A stretch of 15,882 bases of DNA from Sulfurihydrogenibium sp. (GTDB lineage Bacteria; Aquificota; Aquificia; Aquificales; Hydrogenothermaceae), in the NCBI GenBank assembly GCA_037442825.1, contig JBBIPN010000028.1:1-15882 (forward strand), read 5' to 3'. The translations under genes were made by a program, and so were the position numbers. The notes under the pieces were generated by a model. That model had not been told where the DNA came from and did not search any database. It saw only the letters and a program-made list of their open reading frames with translations. This document shows, in pieces, positions 7,734 to 14,741 of the stretch (the first letter of the stretch is position 1; each line of letters starts with the position of its first letter).

Positions 7734-8848
7734 TGAAAAAAATTTTTATAGCTCTTGGTTTTTTAATATTTACTATTCTTTTATTTTTCTTTTTGAAAAA
7801 TAACAATAAAGGTAAATACTTTAAAATAGAAAAAAAAGAGATTGTAAATGCAGTTTATGCATCTGGTTATATAGATAGTGAAAACAGTGTTATTATCAAA
7901 TCTGAAGTTTCTGGATATGTAGAAAAAATATACGTTAAAGAAGGTGATATAGTAAAAAAAGGTGATGTCCTTGCCACTATATCAAACAAAACACTATTGG
8001 AAAATTTGAAAGAGATAGAATATCAACTTTCTTTATATAAAGAAAAACTAAAGGAAGATTCTGATTATAGAAGGCAGTTTTTAGAAAATATAAAGATAAA
8101 AGAAACAAATTATGAATACCTAAAAAATGTTTATGAAAGAAGGAAAAATCTTTATGAAAAAGGGCTAATATCAAAAGAACAGTTTGAAGAAATAACAAAA
8201 AATCTAAAAACAGCAAAAGAAGATTATGAAAGAACGTTATTGAACTACAAAGATAGTATAAAAGATATTGAATATCAGATAAAAACACTTTCAGCAAGAA
8301 AGAGTGAGATAGAGAAAGAAATTGATAAATACTATATAAAATCTCCTACTGATGGAACAGTCTTAAGAAAGTTTGTAAACGAAGGCGATTATATAAATAG
8401 TATGATGCAAACAAATCAACTATTCTCCATTGGAAATACACAAAAGTTAGAAACTGTTTTGTTTGTAGATGAAGAATATGTCCCACTTATAAAAGAAGGA
8501 ATGGAAGTTCTTATTAAAATAGATTCATATCAAGATAAAATTTTTAAAGGTTATATTAAAACTATAGAGAGACAGTCTGATAGGAATTCAAGAACAGTAA
8601 AAGTAAAAACATTAGTAAACTATAATAAACCAGTTTTATTAAATATGACTGTTGAAGGTAATATAATCTTGTCTAAAACAGAAGGAATTTTGATACCTCA
8701 ACAAGCATACAAAAGTGGTTATGTTGAAGTTTTAGAAAATGGGAAAAAAAGAAAAGTAAAAGTAGATGTTGAAAACAAAGATTACAATGGAATGCTTAGA
8801 GTATTAAATGGTTTAAAAGAAAATCAGATAGTTTATTACAATGAATAA
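7733..8848 (+). CDS. MacA/HlyD-type periplasmic adaptor (membrane fusion protein)
   Basis: N-terminal TM anchor (MKKIFIALGFLIFTILLFFFL); lipoyl half-motifs IKSEVSGYVEKIYVKEGDIVKKGDVLA and IKSPTDGTVLRKFVNEGD flank a long coiled-coil hairpin. Start set at ATG 7733 (TAATG overlap with the mtaD stop) rather than GTG 7709. Confidence 0.88.
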   Translation: MKKIFIALGFLIFTILLFFFLKNNNKGKYFKIEKKEIVNAVYASGYIDSENSVIIKSEVSGYVEKIYVKEGDIVKKGDVLATISNKTLLENLKEIEYQLSLYKEKLKEDSDYRRQFLENIKIKETNYEYLKNVYERRKNLYEKGLISKEQFEEITKNLKTAKEDYERTLLNYKDSIKDIEYQIKTLSARKSEIEKEIDKYYIKSPTDGTVLRKFVNEGDYINSMMQTNQLFSIGNTQKLETVLFVDEEYVPLIKEGMEVLIKIDSYQDKIFKGYIKTIERQSDRNSRTVKVKTLVNYNKPVLLNMTVEGNIILSKTEGILIPQQAYKSGYVEVLENGKKRKVKVDVENKDYNGMLRVLNGLKENQIVYYNE

Positions 8849-10106
8849 AAATTTTTACCACATATGGTTTATATCCTTTAAACTCCTTTCAGAAAGAAAA
8901 AGGCAGACTATTGTTTCAATATTTGGTGTAGGAATAGGAGTAACTGCCTTTATTGTTATGGCTTCACTTATGAACGGTTTTCAAAAGTATTTTATAGAGC
9001 AAGCAATAGATTTAAATGCACATATTACCTTAAAAGTAAAACCAGAAGATGTTCCAGATAGAATAATAAAAATATACTTTGGAAAAAATATACTGGCAAA
9101 TGTACTTGGTTCAAGACCAAAAGATGAAAAAGATAAGGTAGTAGGATACAAAGAAATCATAGAAAAATATTCACAAAATAAAGATTTTATAGGTGTAGCT
9201 CCTCATCTTACTACACAAGGTATAGTTAGTTATGGAACTACAATAAAATCAGCATCTGTTATAGGTATTGACCCTAAGCTTGAAAGAAAAACATCTGTTA
9301 TAGATAAATTTATAGAAAACAAAAGATTAGATAGTTTAATATCTGATGAAAACAGTATAATAATTGGAAAACTATTAGCAAAAGACCTTGGTATTAATGA
9401 ATTAGGTAAGAAAGTTATACTAACAACACCAAACGGAAACGTACATCTTTTTAAAGTAGTAGATTTTTTTAATTCAGGAATAACGAATTTAGATCAAACA
9501 AGAGTTTACGTTAACATAAGAGTATTACAGACACTTTTAAATAGACCTAACGAAGTTAATGAACTTATATTTAAAATAAAAGATGTAAATAAAGCTGAAA
9601 AGTTAGCAAAAATTATAAATAGTGAGACTAGTTATTATACAGAAAGCTGGCAGTTTGCATATAAAAACTTTCTACAAATTTTTAAAATTCAAAATTATAT
9701 AACCTATATGATAGTTTTTGCTATACTTGTTGTGTCTGCATTTGGGATATTCAACATTATAATGATGATGGTAATGGAAAAAAAGAAAGATATTGCTATA
9801 TTAAAAGCTGTTGGATTTGAAGATGAAGATGTAGTTAAAATTTTTACTTTACAAGGAGTGATTATAGGATTTTTAGGTTATATAATAGGTGCTATTATAG
9901 GCTATCTTTTGCAAGAATGGTTATCGGGTATACAACTGGACGTAGAAGGTTTAATTAGATCTAAAGGTTTTATATTAGATAGAAGTTATCTTTATTATGT
10001 TTATGGTTTTATTTTTTCAATATTCTTTTCTATACTTGCTTCATTTTATCCATCCTATAAAGCTTCAAAACTAAACCCTACAGATATATTTAGAAGTGGT
10101 GGTTAA
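8841..10106 (+). CDS. ABC transporter permease, LolC/E-MacB-FtsX family
   Basis: 421 aa; TM1 followed by SLMNGFQ, a large periplasmic domain and three C-terminal TMs; EKKKDIAILKAVG and YPSYKASKLNP signatures. Confidence 0.9.
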   Translation: MNKNFYHIWFISFKLLSERKRQTIVSIFGVGIGVTAFIVMASLMNGFQKYFIEQAIDLNAHITLKVKPEDVPDRIIKIYFGKNILANVLGSRPKDEKDKVVGYKEIIEKYSQNKDFIGVAPHLTTQGIVSYGTTIKSASVIGIDPKLERKTSVIDKFIENKRLDSLISDENSIIIGKLLAKDLGINELGKKVILTTPNGNVHLFKVVDFFNSGITNLDQTRVYVNIRVLQTLLNRPNEVNELIFKIKDVNKAEKLAKIINSETSYYTESWQFAYKNFLQIFKIQNYITYMIVFAILVVSAFGIFNIIMMMVMEKKKDIAILKAVGFEDEDVVKIFTLQGVIIGFLGYIIGAIIGYLLQEWLSGIQLDVEGLIRSKGFILDRSYLYYVYGFIFSIFFSILASFYPSYKASKLNPTDIFRSGG

Positions 10107-10778
10107 ATGTCTCTTTTAAAAGTTGAAAATATTAATAAGTTTATAGGTAAAGAGCATATTTTAAAAAATATATCACTCACAATAAATGAAGGTGAGTTTG
10201 TTGCTATAATAGGACCTTCTGGTTCTGGGAAAAGTACATTACTTTACCTACTTGGCTTACTTGATATACCTACAGAAGGCAATGTTTATATTCAGTCTAA
10301 AAAAGTAGATTTTAAAGATAGAAAACATCTTTCTTTATTGAGAAATGAAAAACTTGGTTTTATTTTTCAATTTCATTATTTAATAAACGAACTTTCTGCT
10401 TATGAAAATGTTATGGTACCAATTTTAAAGTCTGGTAGAGATATAAAATTAGCTAAAGAGATAGCTTTTAATAATTTAGAAAAACTTGGACTTAAAGGTA
10501 AGGAGCATAGAAAACCTTTTGAGTTATCAGGTGGAGAGCAGCAGAGAGTCTCAATAGCAAGAGCTATATCAAATAACCCGATTTTATTAGTAGCAGACGA
10601 ACCAACTGGAAATTTAGATTCTAAAAATACAGAGATAGTTATGGATATTTTCGAAAACCTAAATAAAGAAGGTAAAACTATTGTAATGGTTACCCACGAT
10701 TTGGAACTTACTACAAAAGCAACAAGAATTATTAAAATAAAAGATGGAGAAATTATTGAAGATATAAAGAAAAGTTAA
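10107..10778 (+). CDS. ABC transporter ATP-binding protein, LolD/MacB-type
   Basis: Walker A GPSGSGKST, Q-loop GFIFQFHYL, signature LSGGEQQRV, Walker B/D-loop VADEPTGNLD, H-loop VTHD; starts immediately after the permease stop. Confidence 0.93.
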   Translation: MSLLKVENINKFIGKEHILKNISLTINEGEFVAIIGPSGSGKSTLLYLLGLLDIPTEGNVYIQSKKVDFKDRKHLSLLRNEKLGFIFQFHYLINELSAYENVMVPILKSGRDIKLAKEIAFNNLEKLGLKGKEHRKPFELSGGEQQRVSIARAISNNPILLVADEPTGNLDSKNTEIVMDIFENLNKEGKTIVMVTHDLELTTKATRIIKIKDGEIIEDIKKS

Positions 10779-10786
10779 TATATAAT
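10756..10786 (+). promoter_or_regulatory. Possible sigma70-type promoter for motAB
   Basis: TATAAT at 10781-10786 with TTGAAG at 10756-10761 (19 nt spacer, suboptimal); strong RBS AGGGAGG at 10802-10808. The AT-rich background weakens the call. Confidence 0.35.
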
Positions 10787-10814
10787 ATTGTAATAAAAAA
10801 CAGGGAGGCATCTT

Positions 10815-11576
10815 GTGGATATAACTACAATTGGTGGTATAATTGCAGCATTGGTTTTATTTGCTGTTGGAGATATATTAGAAGGAGGAAATCCAGCTGG
10901 GCTTATTCATATATCATCAATCATCATTGTTGTACCAACGACATTATCAGCAGCTGCTGTTGCTACTAAGCAAAAATATGTTGCAGCAGCATATAAAGAA
11001 CTAAAAATAGTATTTGGTAACCCTCAATTAAATCCAGAAGAGACATTAGAACAGATTATAAAAATGGCTGAAAAAGCTAGAAAAGAGGGCATCTTAGCTA
11101 TAGAAGCTGATATAGGAAACATAGAAGATACATTTTTTAGAAAAGGTCTTCAGATGCTTGTTGATGGCTTAGAGCCAGAAGTGATAAGAGAACGTATGGA
11201 ACTTGAAATAGGTGAAATAGAAGAATATTATGAAGGAGCTGCTAAATATTGGATAACAGCTGGTGAAACAACACCAGTTTTTGGTTTAGTAGGTGCAGTT
11301 ATGGGACTTATTTTAGCACTAAAAAGGTTAGAGAATCCTGTAGAGATGGCGGAAGGTATTGCAGGTGCATTTACAGCTACAGTTACAGGTATTGTATCCT
11401 CTTATCTATTATTTGGTCCTTGGGGACATAAAATGAAAGCAAAAGCTAAAGATATTATAAAAACAAGAGAGATGATTTTGGAAGGCATTATAGGTATAGC
11501 TTTATCTAAAAACCCTAAAATGCTTAGAGAACAGCTTATGATCTATACCGGAAAATCTGAGTCTCAAGAGGCTTAA
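10815..11576 (+). CDS. motA: Flagellar stator protein MotA
   Basis: GTG start with AGGGAGG RBS; ARKEGILAIE rotor-interaction motif, GLQMLVDG, PVFGLVGAVMGLILAL, GIAGAFTATVTGI; directly upstream of motB. Confidence 0.95.
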   Translation: MDITTIGGIIAALVLFAVGDILEGGNPAGLIHISSIIIVVPTTLSAAAVATKQKYVAAAYKELKIVFGNPQLNPEETLEQIIKMAEKARKEGILAIEADIGNIEDTFFRKGLQMLVDGLEPEVIRERMELEIGEIEEYYEGAAKYWITAGETTPVFGLVGAVMGLILALKRLENPVEMAEGIAGAFTATVTGIVSSYLLFGPWGHKMKAKAKDIIKTREMILEGIIGIALSKNPKMLREQLMIYTGKSESQEA

Positions 11577-11579
11577 ATA

Positions 11580-12335
11580 ATGGCAAGGAAGAAAAAACAC
11601 GAAGAACATTGGGCTGGGGAAAGGTGGGCTGTTCCTTATGCAGATTTCTTAAGTTTACTACTTGCTCTTTTTATTGCTTTATTTGCTATATCGACTATTG
11701 ACAAAAAAAAACTTGCATCTTTCGTAGAAGCTATATCTGCTGCTTTTCAATTTAAGCCCATATCAACCTCTGCACCACCTTCAATTATTGAAGGTGTTGG
11801 TGTAAAGCAAAAAAGAGAAGATTTAAAAAAGAAGATTGAGCAGAGAGTTAGAGAAATAATAAAACAGTTGAATTTAGAAGGAAAGGTAACGGTAGAAAGT
11901 ATACCTGCTGGAGTAAGGATAAGAATATTAGATTATATACTTTTTCCACCATGTAGTGTTTATATAAAAGAAGAAGATAGAAAATTATTAGATGAGATTT
12001 CTAAAATAATAAAAGAATCTAAACTTCCAGTAGAAGTAGAAGGACATACAGATAGTATCCCACCTGGTAGTGGATGTATGTATCCTTCAAACTGGGAACT
12101 TTCAGCTGCAAGAGCTGCTTCAGTTGTAAGACATCTAATATATTCAAACGATCTTCCACCTTATCTATTTAGTGCAGTAGGTTATGCAGATACAAAACCT
12201 ATGGCTCCAAACACTTCCGAAATAGGCAGAAGTATGAATAGGAGAATAGAAATAAACCTTATAACAGGAACAGATAAAGAGCCTTTTGTTAAAGAACAAG
12301 AAACATTCCAATACAGTGAAAAAAAGAATGAATAA
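11580..12335 (+). CDS. motB: Flagellar stator protein MotB
   Basis: TM motif WAVPYADFLSLLLALFIALFAIS with the ion-binding Asp; OmpA-like peptidoglycan-binding domain (VEGHTD, SNWELSAARAASV, GYADTKP, NRRIEI). Confidence 0.95.
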   Translation: MARKKKHEEHWAGERWAVPYADFLSLLLALFIALFAISTIDKKKLASFVEAISAAFQFKPISTSAPPSIIEGVGVKQKREDLKKKIEQRVREIIKQLNLEGKVTVESIPAGVRIRILDYILFPPCSVYIKEEDRKLLDEISKIIKESKLPVEVEGHTDSIPPGSGCMYPSNWELSAARAASVVRHLIYSNDLPPYLFSAVGYADTKPMAPNTSEIGRSMNRRIEINLITGTDKEPFVKEQETFQYSEKKNE

Positions 12336-12741
12336 AGAAAGACTGATTAAAATTAAAGACTTTCAGTTAAATCCATTAAAAAAACAACTTTCAGAAATAC
12401 AATTTAAAATTCTGAGTATAGAAAGTGTTATACTTTCATTAGAAAACGAAATTGATCAGGTTTATAAAATTGATAGTCAAGATATAATTATTTTAAAACA
12501 AAAGTTAGATTATATTTTATACTTAAAAGAAAATATAAAAAATTTACAAACTATAAAAAAACAGCTTGAAGTCCAAAAAGAAGAGATTTTAAAAGAAATA
12601 GCTTATAAAAATGCAGAGAAAAAAGCAGTAGAAAAATACTTTTCTTTAAAAGAAAAAAGTTTAGAAAAGAAAAAAAATCTTAAAGAGATGGTGGAAGCAA
12701 ATGAGATATTTAATAGGAATCTTATTATTAATAAACTTTAG
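12328..12741 (+). CDS. FliJ-like flagellar export coiled-coil protein
   Basis: 137 aa from ATG 12328 (8 nt overlap with the motB end); all-helical, two coiled-coil segments, N-terminal ERLIKIK and C-terminal EKKAVEK...E..E.NEI pattern; precedes a MotE/YlxF-like gene, as fliJ does in other bacteria. The family call rests on size, pattern and context. Confidence 0.6.
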   Translation: MNKERLIKIKDFQLNPLKKQLSEIQFKILSIESVILSLENEIDQVYKIDSQDIIILKQKLDYILYLKENIKNLQTIKKQLEVQKEEILKEIAYKNAEKKAVEKYFSLKEKSLEKKKNLKEMVEANEIFNRNLIINKL

Positions 12742-13126
12742 TTTTGCTCAAGTAGAAGAATTAAAAAAAGAAGCAGAAAAATTGAAGCAAATCAGAGAAG
12801 AGATAAAACTTAACTATCAGAAAAATCAAGCTGTATTAGAGCAGATTAGAAAAGAAAGGGAAGCTTTAGAAATACTAAAAAAGGAGATTGAAGAAAGTAA
12901 GAAAAAAGTACAAGAAGAAAGATATAAAAAACTTGCAAAAGTTTTTGAAAAGATGGATCCAGAGTTAGCAGGTGAAAAATTTTCTAAAATGGAAAATCCA
13001 GAAGATGCAGCATATATTCTTTACAACATGAGTGAAAAGAAAGCAGCTAATATACTAAACAACACAGATCCTGTTATGGTAAATAAAATTGTAAAGATAT
13101 TAACTAATCTTAAAAATGCTAAATAG
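12701..13126 (+). CDS. MotE/FlbB/YlxF-like periplasmic flagellar protein (MgtE N-terminal-like helical domain)
   Basis: Signal peptide MRYLIGILLLINFSFA|Q, a coiled coil, then YKKLAKVFEKMDPELAG...AAYILYNMSEKKAANILNNTDP, a repeat typical of this family. Confidence 0.72.
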   Translation: MRYLIGILLLINFSFAQVEELKKEAEKLKQIREEIKLNYQKNQAVLEQIRKEREALEILKKEIEESKKKVQEERYKKLAKVFEKMDPELAGEKFSKMENPEDAAYILYNMSEKKAANILNNTDPVMVNKIVKILTNLKNAK

Positions 13127-13693
13127 ATAGTCTTTCAGTTTTATAAAATTTCTTTCATTTTGATTATATTTATACTCTTTTAGTATCTCTATTAAATCTT
13201 CAGTATGTGGAAAACCTCTTTTTATAAACTGAACCAAATTTAAAACATTTTTTGGATTTAAACTTTTTTTTGCCCTTTCAAAATCTATCAGATAAACATT
13301 TAAATCTTTATCAACTAACACATTTGTATAAGGTTTATGCATCTCACCCTTATCTATCTTTAAAGTATCTAGTATATAAGCTTGTTCTAGCAGATTGTCT
13401 ATGATTTTCCAATAGTTTTGATTGTCTAAAACTTCATTTAGATGTTTCCCATCTATAAAATCATATGCTATAAAATCTTCTCCAGAGAATCTCAATTGAT
13501 TACCTATCCCAAATTTATTAACAATACTTAAAATATGTGCTTCTTTTTGGATAGGATGTTTATGAATGTCAGATAAAGCTACTTTAAACGATAATGGTTT
13601 ATCATCTACATAGCCTTTATATACTTTTCCTCTCCAACCTTCTCCTATCTGTTCTAAATCTTTAATGCTATTTAAAAACTCTTTAAATTTCAC
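13100..13693 (-). CDS. Atypical Ser/Thr protein kinase-like protein (RIO/Bud32-related, probably COG2112-type)
   Basis: Gly-rich loop IGEGWRGKVY, beta-3 Lys (SFKV), helix C Glu (IQKEA), variant catalytic loop DKGEMHKPYTNVLV, Mg-binding LIDFERA. GTG start overlapping the upstream TGA (GTGA). Confidence 0.8.
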   Translation of the reverse strand: MKFKEFLNSIKDLEQIGEGWRGKVYKGYVDDKPLSFKVALSDIHKHPIQKEAHILSIVNKFGIGNQLRFSGEDFIAYDFIDGKHLNEVLDNQNYWKIIDNLLEQAYILDTLKIDKGEMHKPYTNVLVDKDLNVYLIDFERAKKSLNPKNVLNLVQFIKRGFPHTEDLIEILKEYKYNQNERNFIKLKDYLFSIFKIS

Positions 13694-14130
13694 TTACCTA
13701 TATGACTCCAAATTTCATTGTCTATATTATGTAAAACATATTCAGGGCCATTTATTTTTACAACATATTTACCATCTATATTCAAAATATTTCCTTTCTC
13801 ATCTTTTTCATATGTAACTTGAACCACAAGATCTTTTCCTTTGTAGATTTTAAACCCTTCTTCTGTTTCTTCAAGCTTATCAAATCTCAACATGTTTGAT
13901 TGTTTTTTTAAAACATCTTTTATCATCTCTTTAGATGGAAATGATACTATTCTTTCTGATATCTCTTCATTATAATGTCTATCATTTATCCATACCAAGA
14001 TAGCAAAAACTATTATTGTTAAATCTATAAATCCAAATGTTATGCTATATTTAATATTGCCTTTAAAGAAAAAATAAATTGTTAAAACTGTTAAAGAAAT
14101 TATTAAAGTAAGTGTTATTTTCTTTAACAT
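13690..14130 (-). CDS. Hypothetical membrane protein: two N-terminal TM helices plus a small soluble domain
   Basis: 146 aa; hydrophobic segments at about residues 5-22 and 29-48; start and stop overlap both neighbours (TAATG, GTGA), supporting a real gene. Confidence 0.75.
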   Translation of the reverse strand: MLKKITLTLIISLTVLTIYFFFKGNIKYSITFGFIDLTIIVFAILVWINDRHYNEEISERIVSFPSKEMIKDVLKKQSNMLRFDKLEETEEGFKIYKGKDLVVQVTYEKDEKGNILNIDGKYVVKINGPEYVLHNIDNEIWSHIGK

Positions 14131-14741
14131 TATTCATTTCCTCTCATTATTTTTACATTTTTAGGTAAACTAAAATCTATATTTATATTATTTTTGTAGT
14201 ATTTAAAATCTTTAAATTCTATTTCAAGTATATTGTCTTCCCTATCTATAACTTTAATTTTTTTAATAACTAAATCACTATTTTGAATATTTAGTACAAC
14301 TTTAGAAATTTCATTACTGTTTTTTGGTATCAAAATTAACGACGTTTCTTCATCATCTTTTTTTGTAGAAATATCAAAACTATTTGCTAACGGTTTATTT
14401 TTTAATATAGTTTCAAAAATTTCAGCTATTATAAGACTATTATCTGTTTTTGAAACTATAGCTTGGTTTTCATCTGGAGTATATAAAATAGTTTCTTCTT
14501 TGTTTACTAAAACAACCTGCCTAAATGGTTTAAAATATTCTATTTTTAGAATAAAGGGTTTTGAACCTGCAATATTACCATTGAATATTTCTGGATTTTT
14601 AAATCCACTTTGATATAATTTCTGTACAAAACTTCCTTTAATGCTTTGAATTTTATATAAATTTTTTTGGAAACGATCTAAGATTTCATAAGCAAAAGAA
14701 ATATTAAAAAGAAGAAAAAGAATAAGAAAAATTTTTCTCAT
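14130..14741 (-). CDS. lolA: Outer-membrane lipoprotein carrier protein LolA family
   Basis: Signal peptide MRKIFLILFLLFNISFA|Y from ATG 14741 (TGATG overlap with the cnoX stop); SIKGSFVQ, KPFILKIEYFKPFRQVVLVN, LYTPDENQA, LIPK and C-terminal FSLPKNVKI are typical LolA patterns; 203 aa. Confidence 0.78.
   Translation of the reverse strand: MRKIFLILFLLFNISFAYEILDRFQKNLYKIQSIKGSFVQKLYQSGFKNPEIFNGNIAGSKPFILKIEYFKPFRQVVLVNKEETILYTPDENQAIVSKTDNSLIIAEIFETILKNKPLANSFDISTKKDDEETSLILIPKNSNEISKVVLNIQNSDLVIKKIKVIDREDNILEIEFKDFKYYKNNINIDFSLPKNVKIMRGNE

Noticed and set aside
7977..8297. 106 aa Leu/Phe-rich minus-strand ORF
   Set aside because: Reverse complement of the A-rich Lys/Glu coiled-coil region of the adaptor gene.
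11703..11711. A9 tract in motB as a phase-variation site
   Set aside because: It falls in the in-frame Lys-Lys-Lys run, and A/T runs of 7-9 nt are common in this AT-rich window (for example 3610-3617).
14701..14735. Purine-rich quasi-repeat (AAAAAGAAGAAAAAGAATAAGAAAA)
   Set aside because: It encodes the Phe/Leu-rich signal peptide of LolA on the minus strand.
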